Virus record (IMG/VR): IMGVR_UViG_3300034198_006385
Coordinates: 22,663-86,662 of that record
Direction: 5' to 3' (one strand)
Length of the DNA: 64,000 nucleotides
Origin: a virus
Part shown: in pieces, positions 30,483 through 39,008 of the stretch
How positions within the stretch are numbered: position 1 is the stretch's first letter
Layout of the letters: each line of letters starts with the position of its first letter
Notes under the pieces: generated by a model
Seen by the model: only the letters and a program-made list of their open reading frames with translations
Databases searched by the model: none
What the model was told of the DNA's origin: nothing
Program-made: the position numbers and the translations under genes

Positions 30483-31022
30483 TTAAATCCAGGGGGGTGG
30501 TTGACGGTTTTTCCAACTATGTAGGTGGGATTTACCAAATTTATAATAATTACGATAATTTTCGACAGAATCATCACTGATAATATATTCCTCTGGCATG
30601 GCGCATGGAATTTTAGTTAAACCAATATCTGATATATTTTTAGGAGAAATATGTAAAATATTATTTAATTCATAATTAGTGCAATATGAATGAATTTTTC
30701 CATAACGATGTGTATATTCCAAATGAAGATGTGTTAGATATTTAACTAACCAATAATAATTATCTCGTGATTCACGAACCCAAACTGCACTTGGATGATT
30801 CTGATGTGTCGCCTTTAATAAAACACGATTTGTAATAGGATCATCCAATTTCCAAATTTTATTGCGGCGACCATTCTTGATAATCGTTTCTTCTTTACCA
30901 TCAAGAACACGGTGGGCAGTTGATAATAGTTGTGTTGATTCAAGAATCATTTTTACAGTATGACGATCAACTGCCCATACCGCCGAAGTAACATAACTGT
31001 GATCAAGATAGAAAATATTCAT
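30483..31022 (-). CDS. pyrimidine-dimer DNA glycosylase-like protein
   Basis: MNIFYLD, DRHTVKMILESTQLL, H.NHPS..W. Confidence 0.75.
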   Translation of the reverse strand: MNIFYLDHSYVTSAVWAVDRHTVKMILESTQLLSTAHRVLDGKEETIIKNGRRNKIWKLDDPITNRVLLKATHQNHPSAVWVRESRDNYYWLVKYLTHLHLEYTHRYGKIHSYCTNYELNNILHISPKNISDIGLTKIPCAMPEEYIISDDSVENYRNYYKFGKSHLHSWKNRQPPPWI

Positions 31023-31039
31023 AATATAAAAAACTCATG

Positions 31040-31414
31040 TTAAAAATTTGGGGCGCGGCGCTGAATGAAATTTGATTGATAATTGGTGAAATTATAGAAT
31101 CGTTTCACACAGGCAATCGCAACATCTACATCATACGGCTTACAAGAGAAAATGTCAATATATCCAGAGCCATCAATGTCAACAAAATGTGCGGTGATAT
31201 TTGACGTTTCAATTAATTGCACTAAACTATAACCAGCTTTATCGGGATCGTGTGTGGCAAAATGTTTAATTGTTGGTTCGCCATATGCAACCATATCAAT
31301 TTCTTCAATTAATACTTTAAGAAAATTTTTGTGATTTTCAACGTCTTTAATTTTATCCATATCACATCCACAAACATCAAGTAGTAGATGATACCCCCAA
31401 TAATTATACGACAT
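31040..31414 (-). CDS. pyruvoyl-dependent decarboxylase, SpeD-like (divergent copy)
   Basis: GYHLLLD, GYSLVQLIETSNITAHF, YIDIFSCK. Confidence 0.75.
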   Translation of the reverse strand: MSYNYWGYHLLLDVCGCDMDKIKDVENHKNFLKVLIEEIDMVAYGEPTIKHFATHDPDKAGYSLVQLIETSNITAHFVDIDGSGYIDIFSCKPYDVDVAIACVKRFYNFTNYQSNFIQRRAPNF

Positions 31415-31417
31415 AAC

Positions 31418-31762
31418 TTATCCTCTGATTTCTAGTTTAATTTTGCTGGTCTTTGGTTGAAAATAATTTAGTAATATATCCATCATATCTTCAGGATTGC
31501 AATTCCCACACATGAAGGCATCAATCGCACAATACCCTACTTCCGGCCAAGAGTGAAGAGAAAGGTGACTCTCGGCTAGAATAATTACGCCGGTAACTCC
31601 GTATTCATCACCAAAATGATGCATGTGACTAAAGATAACAGTGGCGCCACAATGTAATGCAGCGCCTTTAAGTAAATCTTCAATTTCAATAGGGTTGTTT
31701 AATCTATTGGATGGACAGCCACAAAAATCAACTAATAAATGTTTCCCACCTGCTGGAACCAT
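31418..31762 (-). CDS. speD: S-adenosylmethionine decarboxylase proenzyme
   Basis: GKHLLVD, GVTGVIILAESHLSLHSWPE, DAFMCG. Confidence 0.9.
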   Translation of the reverse strand: MVPAGGKHLLVDFCGCPSNRLNNPIEIEDLLKGAALHCGATVIFSHMHHFGDEYGVTGVIILAESHLSLHSWPEVGYCAIDAFMCGNCNPEDMMDILLNYFQPKTSKIKLEIRG

Positions 31763-31797
31763 ATCGCTCTCCTATAGAATAAACAATAAAGCCCTAT

Positions 31798-32175
31798 TTA
31801 GGTGTAATACGGAACAACATGAATTTCAAATTTACGATTGAAATCTAAATTTTCAAAAATATAATCATATGATACCCACAATCTATCCCAAATATATTGA
31901 TCATATTGTTTACATTCATTGGGATTGATAGAAGTAATTTCCGAATCTTGACATGGTTCATATGTTGAAATATGTTTACCAATAATTAAATAATTTCCAC
32001 TCATTACATCAGGAAGAAATAAATCTTGATCGCGTCCATCATAATAATTGTGTATCTCTTTATCGTCAGTATCGGTGTTATTATCACCAAAAATATATGG
32101 ATCAAATTTTGCAATTAATCTTTTATCATTAATTAAAATACCATACCAAACTTGAACAGTAAAGTTTGTGCTCAT
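31798..32175 (-). CDS. hypothetical protein
   Basis: ORF track. Confidence 0.55.
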   Translation of the reverse strand: MSTNFTVQVWYGILINDKRLIAKFDPYIFGDNNTDTDDKEIHNYYDGRDQDLFLPDVMSGNYLIIGKHISTYEPCQDSEITSINPNECKQYDQYIWDRLWVSYDYIFENLDFNRKFEIHVVPYYT

Positions 32176-32179
32176 TTTC

Positions 32180-32386
32180 TCATACCTTCTCTAAACAGGA
32201 TTTACTTGTTCCAAACGTTTTAAACAAAGAATATTCCGGTGGTAGATCATCCATCTGTAATGAGAATATTTCTGAGGATTCCCAATAAGAATTTCCAATA
32301 ATTGTTCCAATTTTACCTAGAAGAAAATGATCTTCTGGAAAATTAATTATTCTAACTCTGTCACCAATTTTTAATTCCATATCCAT
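32180..32386 (-). CDS. small KOW/SH3-like hypothetical protein
   Basis: LKIGDRVRI...GKIGTI. Confidence 0.5.
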   Translation of the reverse strand: MDMELKIGDRVRIINFPEDHFLLGKIGTIIGNSYWESSEIFSLQMDDLPPEYSLFKTFGTSKSCLEKV

Positions 32387-32397
32387 GATACAAATTC

Positions 32398-32787
32398 CTA
32401 AACAGCTAATACCCAATAAATTAAAGCAATGTATGTGATTTGATGAAGATATTGATCAAATCCAGTTAACCACCAAAATTGATTATGTGTTGTTGGTTCC
32501 TATTGCATGATGCGATTGATATTCATTTTAGCCCAATCAATATGATAATGAGCAATATAATCAATTGCGAAAATAAAAAGAATTTCATCTGGCATCAAGG
32601 CGCGTTGAAAATACCCCATAACTAAAAAGAAACATAGAGCGGTTCCACTGGCATTTTTTGCTGCGTGCAATACGCCGCCCGCGTGACCATACGTTCCTTT
32701 ATTAGACCATTCAAATTTGGGTTGCCAAATCCAATCAATAATTAAATGTTTACATTGTAGAAAAAACATTAACCAAATAGCTGTCAT
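32398..32787 (-). pseudogene. DUF3307-like membrane protein with in-frame TAG at 32500-32502
   Basis: KH.I.DW..Q, HYHIDWAK, then *EPTTHNQFWWLTGFDQYLHQITY continues in frame. Confidence 0.7.
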
Positions 32788-32805
32788 AATCTAAATCCTT
32801 ATGAA

Positions 32806-33699
32806 TTAAAATTCATCACCAGTGTAACCTTGTTTACGTGCATTCTTTTTTCTTTTAGCCAAATTATATGCGTGGTTCACGTCATCACTAAATCCATGAT
32901 CCCTAGCAACGATATGTTCCGTGCCATTGGGATGCTTCCATACACCCATATTGCCGATATCGCTATAGTCAGATGGGTTAGTGCCACCATTTGCGTGATA
33001 GGCAAGAAATTTTTCAACTAAAGGATGATCTTCCAATCTGTCCATATGTTCATCATATTTTTTTCCACTATCCCAATAATTTCCTTTAGCCCGTTGATGT
33101 GAACGAAAAAGAACTTTTACAAAATCATTGTGAGTAATACCATCGGGAAATTCTGGCGTCTTTGTCATTTTCTCAAATTTAGAATGAGTGATATTTTCAA
33201 CGTGACCAACATCAGACCACATATGATTTTTTTCATCATGATCTATTAATGGTGGGAAAACACCCATTTTATTTGTTTTGTATGCCTTTGTTCCATTCTC
33301 TATGTCACGGGATAATACTCTGTGATGATCAGTGAAGGAATCACCATTTTCGGCGTGATTTTGCATTTGCCCCAATGTCATTCCATCATAATAATCTTTA
33401 TTGTGGTGTGCATCTAAAGTTGAACGAATAGCAATTTTTGTTCCGTATGGAATGTGATGTGTTTGACCATCAATTGTAATTTGCGCGGGTTCTTTATGTT
33501 TAATGTAAGCACGAGATGATCCTGATGGCATATTACCTTCAACGCCCGTAGGTTCACCACGTTCAGATAATTCTTTAATTTTGTTTACAACAAGTGTCTT
33601 TCTGTTCTTGGAACTTGGTGGCGCTTGAACAATTGCCTTTAATTCGGGGTGCAATTCCTCAGTAATTAAACTTCTAATGAATGTCTTGAAATTATCCAT
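32806..33699 (-). CDS. putative protein kinase-like protein with internal-protein-like leader
   Basis: SGSSR loop, KIA, QNHAE, D...GNMG, DHG; late-promoter-like TAAATA leader. Confidence 0.55.
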   Translation of the reverse strand: MDNFKTFIRSLITEELHPELKAIVQAPPSSKNRKTLVVNKIKELSERGEPTGVEGNMPSGSSRAYIKHKEPAQITIDGQTHHIPYGTKIAIRSTLDAHHNKDYYDGMTLGQMQNHAENGDSFTDHHRVLSRDIENGTKAYKTNKMGVFPPLIDHDEKNHMWSDVGHVENITHSKFEKMTKTPEFPDGITHNDFVKVLFRSHQRAKGNYWDSGKKYDEHMDRLEDHPLVEKFLAYHANGGTNPSDYSDIGNMGVWKHPNGTEHIVARDHGFSDDVNHAYNLAKRKKNARKQGYTGDEF

Positions 33700-33729
33700 A
33701 AATATATCCTCTGTTTTTGAAATTATTTA

Positions 33730-33804
33730 TGGAGCACCCACCCAGGATTGAACTGAAAATTGAAGATTACAAATCTACTGTTTTGCCAATTAAACTATAG
33801 GTGC
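33730..33804 (-). tRNA. tRNA-Thr(UGU)
   Basis: GCACCTA...TGGGTGC-T-CCA; anticodon loop TTTGTAA; one mismatch in the anticodon stem. Confidence 0.85.
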
Positions 33805-33809
33805 TTTCA

Positions 33810-34040
33810 TTACATGTTAGCTAAAGCTGTTCGTCCATCTGAAAATTCGGTCCATGTCTGAAAATATATAGCATACTTGGTGCCTTTTTCATTTGGGCGA
33901 AAATGATGTGATTTCCATCCTTCCCGAACCTTTCCTTTAATTGGACCATAAATTCCAACAGGAATTTCATCACCAATTACGATGACAGTATCATCTTTCA
34001 TATCTTTAAGAAGTTCTTTTAATTCACCAACGGTAATCAT
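33810..34040 (-). CDS. hypothetical protein
   Basis: ORF track. Confidence 0.55.
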   Translation of the reverse strand: MITVGELKELLKDMKDDTVIVIGDEIPVGIYGPIKGKVREGWKSHHFRPNEKGTKYAIYFQTWTEFSDGRTALANM

Positions 34041-34325
34041 TTATTCTTCTTTTCCATTTACGTAGCCATCAATAAATTTTGGGAAATTTCTTTTAAATTT
34101 ATCTTTATCCCAATTAAGAATTTGTCCGGTGTCAAGATCAATGTTTAAATAAACATAATCACCATAATGTTCTTCTGGCATAAAGGAAGGGACATATCCT
34201 TCATAATTTAAAATTGAATTATTATTTGTGTCAACAAACTCGGCACAAAAATCGTCTCTAACTTTTAGATACATTTTCATAACATTGATATCGACTTCAA
34301 CTGGCTTATTTACTTTAATTTTCAT
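34041..34325 (-). CDS. hypothetical protein
   Basis: YVPSFMP..HYGDY..L.ID..TGQILNW phage-type motif. Confidence 0.65.
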   Translation of the reverse strand: MKIKVNKPVEVDINVMKMYLKVRDDFCAEFVDTNNNSILNYEGYVPSFMPEEHYGDYVYLNIDLDTGQILNWDKDKFKRNFPKFIDGYVNGKEE

Positions 34326-34536
34326 TTTGTTTACCCCTATTTGAATGAAATTCACGATGCCACCCCACGGAATCAATATGAAAATGAACCGATAATCCAA
34401 TTGGCTCGCCATAAGCAGCGCGATAAACATTCAACATGGTTTCAAATTCGACCAAAAAATCGTAAACATCTTCTGTTTGTTCAAGAGTTGCCAATCCTGG
34501 CGCCTTTACGTAAGCAAGCAATTTTTCTTTGATCAT
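34315..34536 (-). CDS. hypothetical protein
   Basis: ORF track. Confidence 0.5.
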   Translation of the reverse strand: MIKEKLLAYVKAPGLATLEQTEDVYDFLVEFETMLNVYRAAYGEPIGLSVHFHIDSVGWHREFHSNRGKQNEN

Positions 34537-34548
34537 TTTAAAATTCTT

Positions 34549-34761
34549 TCACTTTCGCGGGGGATTGATGTCAATATCAACTAGATAAGGATCGCCTGCT
34601 TGAACATACCAATCTGGTGCAGTTGGGCTGGTATTTTTAGCGTTTTCTTTATCTCTAAATTCTTCAGCTTCTTTCAAAGTTAGAAAATCTGTATCAGACC
34701 AATGTTTTGATCCCCAACCGCGTTCATATTCTCTTAAAGTAACTCTGTATCGTGCCTGCAT
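34549..34761 (-). CDS. hypothetical protein
   Basis: EYERGWG...APDWY small phage family. Confidence 0.65.
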   Translation of the reverse strand: MQARYRVTLREYERGWGSKHWSDTDFLTLKEAEEFRDKENAKNTSPTAPDWYVQAGDPYLVDIDINPPRK

Positions 34762-34778
34762 TTTAAAATTCCTTTAAA

Positions 34779-34858
34779 TGGTGCGGCCAACGGGGATCGA
34801 ACCCGCATTTTCTGGCTTGAAAGGCCGGAGTCCTAGTCCTAATTTAGACGACAGCCGC
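34779..34858 (-). tRNA. tRNA-Glu(UUC)
   Basis: GCGGCTG...TGGCCGC-A-CCA; anticodon loop CTTTCAA; GGTTCGATCCC T-arm. Confidence 0.9.
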
Positions 34859-34864
34859 TTTAGA

Positions 34865-35047
34865 TCAAATTTTAGACCATCCTGTATTTGATGCAATATC
34901 ACCTTCAAGATGCTTACGTAGGTATACTACACTGCGGTCTAGACTGTCAAGAAGAACCTCATAGTCACCATAAACTTCTTTGAGTAAGTCACCATTATAA
35001 TCTTTGATTTGTTGTTTGTTAATTGCAATCGAATCATATTTAATCAT
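34865..35047 (-). CDS. hypothetical protein
   Basis: ORF track. Confidence 0.45.
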   Translation of the reverse strand: MIKYDSIAINKQQIKDYNGDLLKEVYGDYEVLLDSLDRSVVYLRKHLEGDIASNTGWSKI

Positions 35048-35243
35048 TTTGTAATCCCAATCTTTTCAAATCTTTGGATGATAGTTGTTCTTTGGTGGCA
35101 TAATAATATCTAGATTTGTTTCTGTAAATGCCTTGACTTTTTTGAATAGTTTTCTTCAGAATAACATCATACTGATAATTACCAAACAAAATAGTTTTAC
35201 CATATTGATCAACATATGAACGATCAGGAGGAAATTCTTTCAT
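35040..35243 (-). CDS. hypothetical protein
   Basis: ORF track. Confidence 0.45.
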   Translation of the reverse strand: MKEFPPDRSYVDQYGKTILFGNYQYDVILKKTIQKSQGIYRNKSRYYYATKEQLSSKDLKRLGLQND

Positions 35244-35543
35244 TTCGACCCAATACCAAATACCGTTGCGCCATATTTAATTTCCTTTATATATAAAATC
35301 AATTGCCACATGAAGATGAAAAATATCAAATTAATAAAAGCGATTATGCAATAAACAATATTCAATATGAAATAAGCAAAAGGCTTAATCTTGGATCAAT
35401 AAACAATGCCGCTTATATACGGACTAATTAAACCAAGGGTCAATTTGCCAAATGATATGAGCAATCCCATATCTTTCTGATAATTGTTTTGCTATATTAA
35501 ATAAATATAATCCTTCTCCATGTGGCATCCCGTAACCTTTCGA

Positions 35544-36140
35544 TTACAGAATTTTTGCGAATTTTAAAAATTCCGCCATTTCTGATGACAATGTAATTTC
35601 ATGCGACAGATTAAGAGAAATTAACTTGTCACTAATGTCCTGCAATTCTTTCTTGCGATTATTAATCCTATTTTTCAGGAGATCAATCTCTTTCTGAGAA
35701 TATACTGAAAAGGATTGACGATCAACCGCGTTGTGAAAATCCCGCCCATCGCGTTTCGCGGAAAATTCTAAGATTTTTTTAATTTCTTCATTGGATTTTG
35801 ATGGTGTAAGCCTAGATACCAACTCTTTCAGAAATTGAATTTCCATAAGAATTGTATTACGCAAAGCCAATAATTCATTAATTCTGGTGGAGGAATTTAA
35901 TGCGCCAACTTTAGTGCGAATGTCAACCAGAATTGTTTCTAGATACGAAACATCAGCAAATACTACTTCGTTTTCCACAAAACGATCATAAAGGACTTTT
36001 TCAAAGTCAACAGTATCATGATCCCACACGTTAAACCAAATTTCAGTATTTGAACGAAGTTCATTCCTCTTTTCTTTGATTTTCTCAATGATTGCGGATT
36101 GAACAGCGGCGGCGTTGCGTAGGTTGATATTTGCTAACAT
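35544..36140 (-). CDS. coiled-coil hypothetical protein
   Basis: ORF with AAGGA RBS. Confidence 0.6.
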   Translation of the reverse strand: MLANINLRNAAAVQSAIIEKIKEKRNELRSNTEIWFNVWDHDTVDFEKVLYDRFVENEVVFADVSYLETILVDIRTKVGALNSSTRINELLALRNTILMEIQFLKELVSRLTPSKSNEEIKKILEFSAKRDGRDFHNAVDRQSFSVYSQKEIDLLKNRINNRKKELQDISDKLISLNLSHEITLSSEMAEFLKFAKIL

Positions 36141-36152
36141 GATATAGTTCCT

Positions 36153-36473
36153 TTAAAAATTCAAACGGGGAATTAGTTTACCAATTTCTTCTTTTACAAT
36201 CTCATTACATTGTTTTTTAATATCGGCTAACATCTGTTGACGATCATCGCCTCGTGTTTTTTTCCATAAATGAGTATTACGACTCATGTCAAGAGACATT
36301 TTATCCTCAAACTTGGATTTTGCAAACGAGAAGCGAATAGTAGCATATTCATCGGTATAAAGCAAGCCCGAACCTGAACACATTGTATGAACTTCTTCAT
36401 TGTCTTCACTTCCAATTAGATTGAAAATATGAAAACTAATCATGTCAATATTAACTGTTACAACTGGTGGCAT
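36153..36473 (-). CDS. hypothetical protein
   Basis: ORF track. Confidence 0.55.
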   Translation of the reverse strand: MPPVVTVNIDMISFHIFNLIGSEDNEEVHTMCSGSGLLYTDEYATIRFSFAKSKFEDKMSLDMSRNTHLWKKTRGDDRQQMLADIKKQCNEIVKEEIGKLIPRLNF

Positions 36474-36476
36474 AAG

Positions 36477-36632
36477 TTAATCTTCTTCGTGTTGTTGCAT
36501 TAATTCTTGGGCTGCTTCAAATCCTTCCCAATTATCAACACCAACTTCTACTAGACAATTAAGAAAAATTGAATCATTAAGTAGTTCGTTGTATTCTTCT
36601 AGGGTGATAGTGATTGTTGGTTTTTCTGTCAT
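36477..36632 (-). CDS. small hypothetical protein (51 aa, not in ORF track)
   Basis: MTEKPTITITLEEYNELL...L.CL...GVDNWEG common phage motif. Confidence 0.65.
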   Translation of the reverse strand: MTEKPTITITLEEYNELLNDSIFLNCLVEVGVDNWEGFEAAQELMQQHEED

Positions 36633-36887
36633 TTATTTATATCCCATATTTTTTAGCATTCTAGCAATAAGATTCCACACATGCAAGTTTAATCGTGGAT
36701 AATTCTTGACTGATCCAGTTCTATTGGTTTTCTCTTGGATCAGTGCATCATCTTTACCACGATACGTTACGCCTGCATAATTACCTTTTTGTGAAGTTCC
36801 AGTTCCATCATTATAAAGTTTCATTTTAGCAATTTCTGTAACTTTACCAGTGATGGCGGAATGTAATTCAACCGTTATTATTAGCAT
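36633..36887 (-). CDS. hypothetical protein
   Basis: I.NDGTGT...GNY motif. Confidence 0.6.
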   Translation of the reverse strand: MLIITVELHSAITGKVTEIAKMKLYNDGTGTSQKGNYAGVTYRGKDDALIQEKTNRTGSVKNYPRLNLHVWNLIARMLKNMGYK

Positions 36888-37104
36888 TTTTCTCTAATTC
36901 ATCAATTTTATTTGATACTATTTTTAAATGCTCAGTATTAAAATTTTCGATTTTAGCGATCATGGCATCCATAGAATTTTCAAATTCTATATCTCGTGTT
37001 TCGCTATGATTTTTTACATATTCATATTCACCCATAATATGACCATATTCATAAGACAAATTAATTAAATTAACGATTAATTCTTTAAAAGTCATTTTAT
37101 ACAT
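36868..37104 (-). CDS. hypothetical protein
   Basis: ORF track. Confidence 0.5.
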   Translation of the reverse strand: MYKMTFKELIVNLINLSYEYGHIMGEYEYVKNHSETRDIEFENSMDAMIAKIENFNTEHLKIVSNKIDELEKNANNNG

Positions 37105-37342
37105 CCTTTGTTAAATGATCAATAATGGTATGCCCGACAATTTCATCATCCATATTCATTCCTGATTGTTCGGCAATATGCATCAGAAGATCACATGCAT
37201 CAGGAATATCATAAAATATAATACCTTCATTTACAACAGCATCAGCAATTTGAATGAGAGGAATTAGCCATTCTCTATACATGTCTAATTCCCGCCGTGT
37301 GTCATTATAGCTATTCATCCAATATTCAATATTATGTACCAA
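37097..37342 (-). CDS. hypothetical protein
   Basis: ORF track. Confidence 0.5.
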   Translation of the reverse strand: MVHNIEYWMNSYNDTRRELDMYREWLIPLIQIADAVVNEGIIFYDIPDACDLLMHIAEQSGMNMDDEIVGHTIIDHLTKDV

Positions 37343-37517
37343 TGTTTAAAACCTTCAGTAGTTCTCTTGCTAATTTAATTTCTGCTTCATAAACACCATC
37401 ATCATAACCATCTTCATATGTAACTCTATATGAATGTTCATATGGGTTAGGAATTTTATTGGCACGTTTTCTAATCAATTCGATATATTCATCTGAAATA
37501 TAATGTAATCTTAACAT
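37332..37517 (-). CDS. hypothetical protein
   Basis: Likely starts at the ATG overlapping the upstream stop (MLRLHYISDE...). Confidence 0.45.
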   Translation of the reverse strand: MLRLHYISDEYIELIRKRANKIPNPYEHSYRVTYEDGYDDGVYEAEIKLARELLKVLNIGT

Positions 37518-37873
37518 CACATACCTGCCCCATTCAGAAAACACATTACACCAAGATATGGTGTCCAACAAGCAATAGGCTCGCCCATTAAATTTTCTCG
37601 TGGTTCTAAAATTCTTGATGGAGGAACAGTTACCCACTCATTTGTTCCATATTTAAATTGATTACTATCCGTAAAAATCTGTAACTTATCACCATATACA
37701 CGAATTTTTACAGGACGACAATCAGAAGTATCACAACATGAAATATCTGTCCCTGGAATTTTAAGTGATTTAAAAAATGGTCCCATTGCGGGATCGGCAT
37801 TTTCTGGTGGTGTTGCCATTACAGGAACGGTCAACATAAATGTCATCACAGTTGCATATAAAATTTTTCTCAT
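37517..37873 (-). CDS. small exported Cys-rich protein
   Basis: Signal peptide; SCCDTSDCRPV...W..VP..RI...N..G....C......CF pattern. Confidence 0.65.
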   Translation of the reverse strand: MRKILYATVMTFMLTVPVMATPPENADPAMGPFFKSLKIPGTDISCCDTSDCRPVKIRVYGDKLQIFTDSNQFKYGTNEWVTVPPSRILEPRENLMGEPIACWTPYLGVMCFLNGAGM

Positions 37874-37911
37874 TGCTTCCTTCAATTTAAATTAAAATTT
37901 TTTAATTTTAA

Positions 37912-37984
37912 TGCGCGCACTAGGATTTGAACGCAGAATCAATCGGTTATGAGCCGACAGCTTTGCCAATTAAGCTATACGCGC
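37912..37984 (-). tRNA. tRNA with CAU anticodon (Met or Ile2); no encoded CCA, T-stem mismatch
   Basis: GCGCGTA...TGCGCGC-A; anticodon loop CTCATAA. Confidence 0.75.
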
Positions 37985-38024
37985 CTAATAATTATTTTTC
38001 AAACAATACCTTAAAAATTAATAT

Positions 38025-38083
38025 TTCGAACCTTCGCATGATAGATTCAAAATCTATTGCCTTACCGCTTAGATATACTCTTT
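38025..38083 (-). pseudogene. truncated tRNA-Gln(UUG) relic
   Basis: AAGCGGTAAGGC D-loop, ATAGA-TTTTGAA-TCTAT anticodon arm, GGTTCGAA, then the sequence diverges (3' T-stem and acceptor missing). Confidence 0.65.
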
Positions 38084-38096
38084 CAAAATATTTTAG

Positions 38097-38173
38097 TGGT
38101 CCGCATGGCCGGATTCGAACCAGCAACCTACAGATTAGAAATCTGTTGCACTGTCCAGTTGTGCTACATGCGG
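38097..38173 (-). tRNA. tRNA-Arg(UCU)
   Basis: CCGCATG...CATGCGG-A-CCA; ACAGA-TTTCTAA-TCTGT anticodon arm. Confidence 0.93.
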
Positions 38174-38209
38174 TTATTGAGAGGAATCTACTATCTATGC
38201 GTCATTCTG

Positions 38210-38425
38210 TCAACATGGTTTTTCAGGTTCTTCATATTTCACCATAGCTTGTGTTACCACAAACGCACCGTTATGAGCAAGTTCATGCTTAAATCCACCA
38301 AAAGGTTGATAATCAGCGGCGATATAATTATTTATAATAGTTTCTAAATTAATTAAACAATCATTTAAACTTCTACTTGAAATATAGTAAGCAATTTTAT
38401 AATCAATAATTTTTCGCATAATCAA
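38210..38425 (-). CDS. hypothetical protein
   Basis: YQPFGG...TQAMVKY motif. Confidence 0.55.
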   Translation of the reverse strand: MIMRKIIDYKIAYYISSRSLNDCLINLETIINNYIAADYQPFGGFKHELAHNGAFVVTQAMVKYEEPEKPC

Positions 38426-38766
38426 ATTTTTCTTCCAAGAGTTTTTGCGTCAGTTTCGTTAGTGATATATTGTAATGGACCCTTTGAATAAAGGGGTGCT
38501 ACACGGCCCTGTAGGCGTCGCACAGCGGCTTTAACATGTTCAGGCTCAGTGTGTAGGTTAGCTAGAATACCACGCGCCTGACAAGTTTCTTTATATGATT
38601 CTAGAGGTTCCATGAATTGTTTATTTTCAATCTTAATTGTTGGTGTTGTTTGCTCTTTCACAAATTTATATGTTTTCTTGCGTGCTTTGATTTGATCGGG
38701 ATGTGCGCCCATCTTACGAAGAAATTTATCATGTTCTCGCTGCAACTGTTCCAATTTTCTAGACAT
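38422..38766 (-). CDS. conserved T4-like hypothetical protein
   Basis: C-terminal APLYSKGPLQYI motif; likely start MSRKLEQ. Confidence 0.6.
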   Translation of the reverse strand: MSRKLEQLQREHDKFLRKMGAHPDQIKARKKTYKFVKEQTTPTIKIENKQFMEPLESYKETCQARGILANLHTEPEHVKAAVRRLQGRVAPLYSKGPLQYITNETDAKTLGRKI

Positions 38767-38837
38767 TAAAAATCCTATCACTACGATGTTTTCTCGTCTT
38801 ACCCCAAAAAAACATGCATAGCAAATGAAAAATGTTA

Positions 38838-38866
38838 TTGACAATCTCAAAGAAACACCATATACT
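38838..38866 (+). promoter_or_regulatory. sigma70-type promoter driving the replisome operon
   Basis: TTGACA-17nt-TATACT. Confidence 0.65.
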
Positions 38867-39008
38867 TGCAGTGTTGCAAAAAAAAAAAGAAATAAACAAT
38901 AACTGATCATTCACCGTTACAAGAATGATAGATAATGTAATATGGGTAAAATGAGTGAATTGAAATTTCCCATAAATTGCAAATAATAATGAAAAGGAAT
39001 AAATAATT

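Noticed and set aside
32500-32502. Genome-wide TAG reassignment
   Set aside because: Only one internal TAG was noticed; core genes are intact in the standard code, TAG serves as a normal stop (e.g. 136, 18831) and no suppressor tRNA is seen
37927-38347. Plus-strand ORFs of 106 and 96 aa
   Set aside because: They are the antisense of tRNA genes
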